Assembly: GCA_035221665.1 (NCBI GenBank)
Contig: CM069131.1
Coordinates: forward strand, 27,528,001-27,592,000
DNA from: Okamejei kenojei
Lineage: Eukaryota
DNA: 64,000 bases
Direction of reading: 5' to 3'
The notes below the pieces were generated by a model. That model saw nothing but the letters and a program-made list of their open reading frames with translations. It was not told the DNA's origin and did no database searches. Each line of letters opens with the position of its first letter. Position 1 is the first letter of the stretch. This document shows, one piece after another, positions 61,407 to 64,000 of the stretch. A program made the position numbers and the translations under genes.

Positions 61407-63575
61407 GCATAGAAACATAGAAACACGGAAAATAGGTGCAGGGGTAGGCCATTCGGCCATTCGAACCTGCACCGCCATTTAATATGATCATGGCTGATCA
61501 TCCAACTCAGTATCCTGTACCTGCATTCTCTCCATACCCCCTGATCCCTTTAGCCACAAGGGCCACATCTAACTCCCTCTTAAATATAGCCAACTGGCCT
61601 CAACTACCTTCTGTGGCAGAGAATTCCACAGATTCACCACACTCTGTGTGAAAAATGATTTTCTCATCTCGGTCTTATAGAAACATACAAAATTCTTAAG
61701 GGGTTGGATAGGCTAGATGCAGGAAGATTGTTCCCGATGTTGGGGAGGTCCAGAATAAGGGGTTACAGTCTAAGGATAAGGGGGAATTCCTTTAGGACCG
61801 AGATGAGGGAAACATTTTTCACACAGAGAGTGGTGAGTCTCTGGAATTATCTGCCACAGAAAGAAGTTGAGGCCAGTTCATTGGCTATATTTAAGAGGGA
61901 TTTAGATGTGGCCCTTGTGGCTAAAGGGATCAGGGGGTATGGAGAGAAGGCAGGTACAGGATACTGAGTTGGATGATCAGCCATGATCATATTGAATGGC
62001 GGTGCAGGCTCGAAGGGCCGAACGGCCTACTCCTGCACCTATTTTCTATGTTTCTATGTTCCTAAAAGACTTCCCCCTTATCCTTAAACTGTGACCCCTT
62101 GTTCTGGAGTTCCCCAACATCGGGAACAATCTTCCTGCATCTAGCCTGTCCAACCCCTTAAGAATTTTGTAAGTCTCTATAAGATCCCTCCTCAATCTTC
62201 TAAATTCCAGCGAGTACAAGCCGAGTCTATCCAGTCTTTCTTCATATGGAAGTCCTGCCATCCCAGGAATCAGTCTTGTGAACCTTCTCTGTACTCCCTC
62301 TATGGCAAGAATGTCTTTCCTCAGATTAGGAGACCAAAACTGTACGCAATACTCCAGGTGTGGCCTCACCAAGACACTGTACAACTGCAGTAGAGCCTAC
62401 CTGCTCTTGTACTCAAATCCTTTTGCTATGAATGCCAACATACCATTCGCTTTCTTCACAGCCTGCTGCACCTGCATGTCTACTTTCAATGACTGGCGTA
62501 CCATGACACCAAGGTCTCGTTGCATCTCCCCTTTTCCTAATCGGCCACCATTCAGATAATAGTCTACCCTCCTGTTCTTGCCACCAAAGTGGATAACCTC
62601 ACATTTATCCATATTATACTGCATCTGCCATGCATTTGCCCACTCGCCCAACTTATCCAAGTCCCCTTGCAGCCTCCTAGCATCCTCCTCGCAGCTAACA
62701 CTGCCCCCCAGCTTCGTGTCATCCGCAAACTTCGAGATGTTGCATTCAATTCCCTCATCCAGATCATTAATATATATTATAAATAGCTGGGGTCCAAGCA
62801 CTGAGCCTTGCGGTACCCCACTAGTCACTGCCTGCCATTCTGAAAATGACCCATTTACTCCTACTCTTTACTTCCTGTCTGCCAGCCAGTTCTCTATCCA
62901 CATCAATACTGAACCCCCAATACTGTGTGCTTTCAGTTTGTATACTAATCTCTTATGTGGGACCTTGACGAAGCCTTCTGAAAGTCCAGATATAACACAT
63001 CCACAGGTTCTCCCTTATCCACTCTACTAGTTACATCCTCGAAAAATTCTATAAGATTCATCATAAATCCTTTTTTTACCTTTCATAAATCCATGCTGAC
63101 TTTGTCCAATGATTTCACCACTTTCCAAATGTGCTGCTATCCCATCTTTAATAACTGACTAGCATTTTCCCCACTACCGATGTTAGGCTAACTGGTCTGT
63201 AATTCCCCGTTTTCTCTCTCCCTCCCTTTTTAAAAAGTGTGGTTACATTAGCTACCCTCCAATCCTCAGGAACTACTCCAGAATCTAAAGAGTTTTGAAA
63301 AATTATCACTAATGCATCCACTATTTCTGGGGCTACTTCCTTAAGTACTCTGGGATGCAGCCTATCTGGCCCTGGGGATTTATCGGCCTTTAATCCATTC
63401 AATTTACCTAACACCACTTCCCGGCTAACCTGGATTTCACTCAGTTCCTCCATGTCATTTGACCCCCGATCCCCTGTTATTTCTGGCAGATTATTTATGT
63501 CTTCCTTAGTGAAGACAGAACAAAAGTAGTTATTCAATTGGTCTGCCATGTCCTTGTTCCCCATGATCAATTCGC
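61407..63575 (-). mobile_element. Relatively young CR1 LINE (~1.8 kb of own sequence) with an opposite-strand CR1 3' end inserted at 61675-62059
   Basis: ORFs 63148..63582 (KSPGPD, NYRPVSLTS), 62397..62828 ([16 protein letters not shown]), 62046..62384 and 61704..61967. Confidence 0.93.
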
Positions 63576-64000
63576 CATGCATGTTGTTAAGATCACATTT
63601 TTGGCATTTAAAAATTAAAATATGAAAGTAAAAAATTGCAAAGGTAACTTAGATGCTGAAGTGGAAGACAAAAATTAACAAAAACACAGAGCAGGTTAGT
63701 TAACGTTTGATAACATTTTAACTCCTGAATTGTTAAATCCTTGTCTTTGATTTATTACAGCTACTGATTTTTTTGTGGCTATCCTTGCTTTTCAAAAGCA
63801 AATTAAACACAGATATATTAATTTTCATAATTTTCATAATTTTCATAATTATTGCTAGCAGTGGTAACATAATGGTATTCCTACACAACACCACGGCTAA
63901 TCAATGGACATATTTAAACAATTAACTTGGTTGTTCTTTCCTTTAAAATACTACATCTTACATTGTGGATCTGTTGTACGGTGAGAGTTTCTGCGACACA

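Noticed and set aside
63819-63851. (AATTTTCAT)3 tandem repeat
   Set aside because: Simple slippage repeat with no further structure.
55645-64000. Next formin exon
   Set aside because: The candidate acceptors checked (~55982, 59590, 61215, 63760) hit stops within a few codons in the required phase. The exon probably lies beyond the window.

Overview
Vertebrate nuclear DNA, not prokaryotic. The repeat content (V-domain tRNA SINEs of the HE1 type, CR1/HER1-like LINEs, abundant Penelope-like elements) points to an elasmobranch, probably a skate or ray; this is inference. The whole window lies inside one + strand gene. Seven GT-AG coding exons (952-1013, 37532-37634, 52945-53030, 53119-53219, 54910-54980, 55081-55188, 55574-55644) splice in frame to the central FH2 domain of an FHDC1/INF1-family formin. 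The introns are packed with nested transposons: CR1, Rex1/Babar, RTE, RTEX-like and L1 LINE fragments, Penelope-like remnants with minimal hammerhead ribozyme motifs, a near full-length decayed IR/DR Tc1, three hAT derivatives with target-site duplications (TSDs), and at least six PIF/Harbinger-type MITEs. Nearly all ORFs in the supplied track are TE debris or noise. Best leads: (1) a ~100-bp hammerhead-only insertion with its own TSD, plus fold-back hammerhead dimers; (2) a non-tRNA GC-rich retroposon with a conserved hairpin and three different 3' tails; (3) an LTR/PBS(tRNA-Gln)/leader remnant antisense to the gene; (4) an RFX X-box plus forkhead composite and a CTCF-like site in the long intron. 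No CRISPR, rRNA or true tRNA genes were seen. Everything was read by eye, so repeat boundaries are approximate unless a TSD is quoted.
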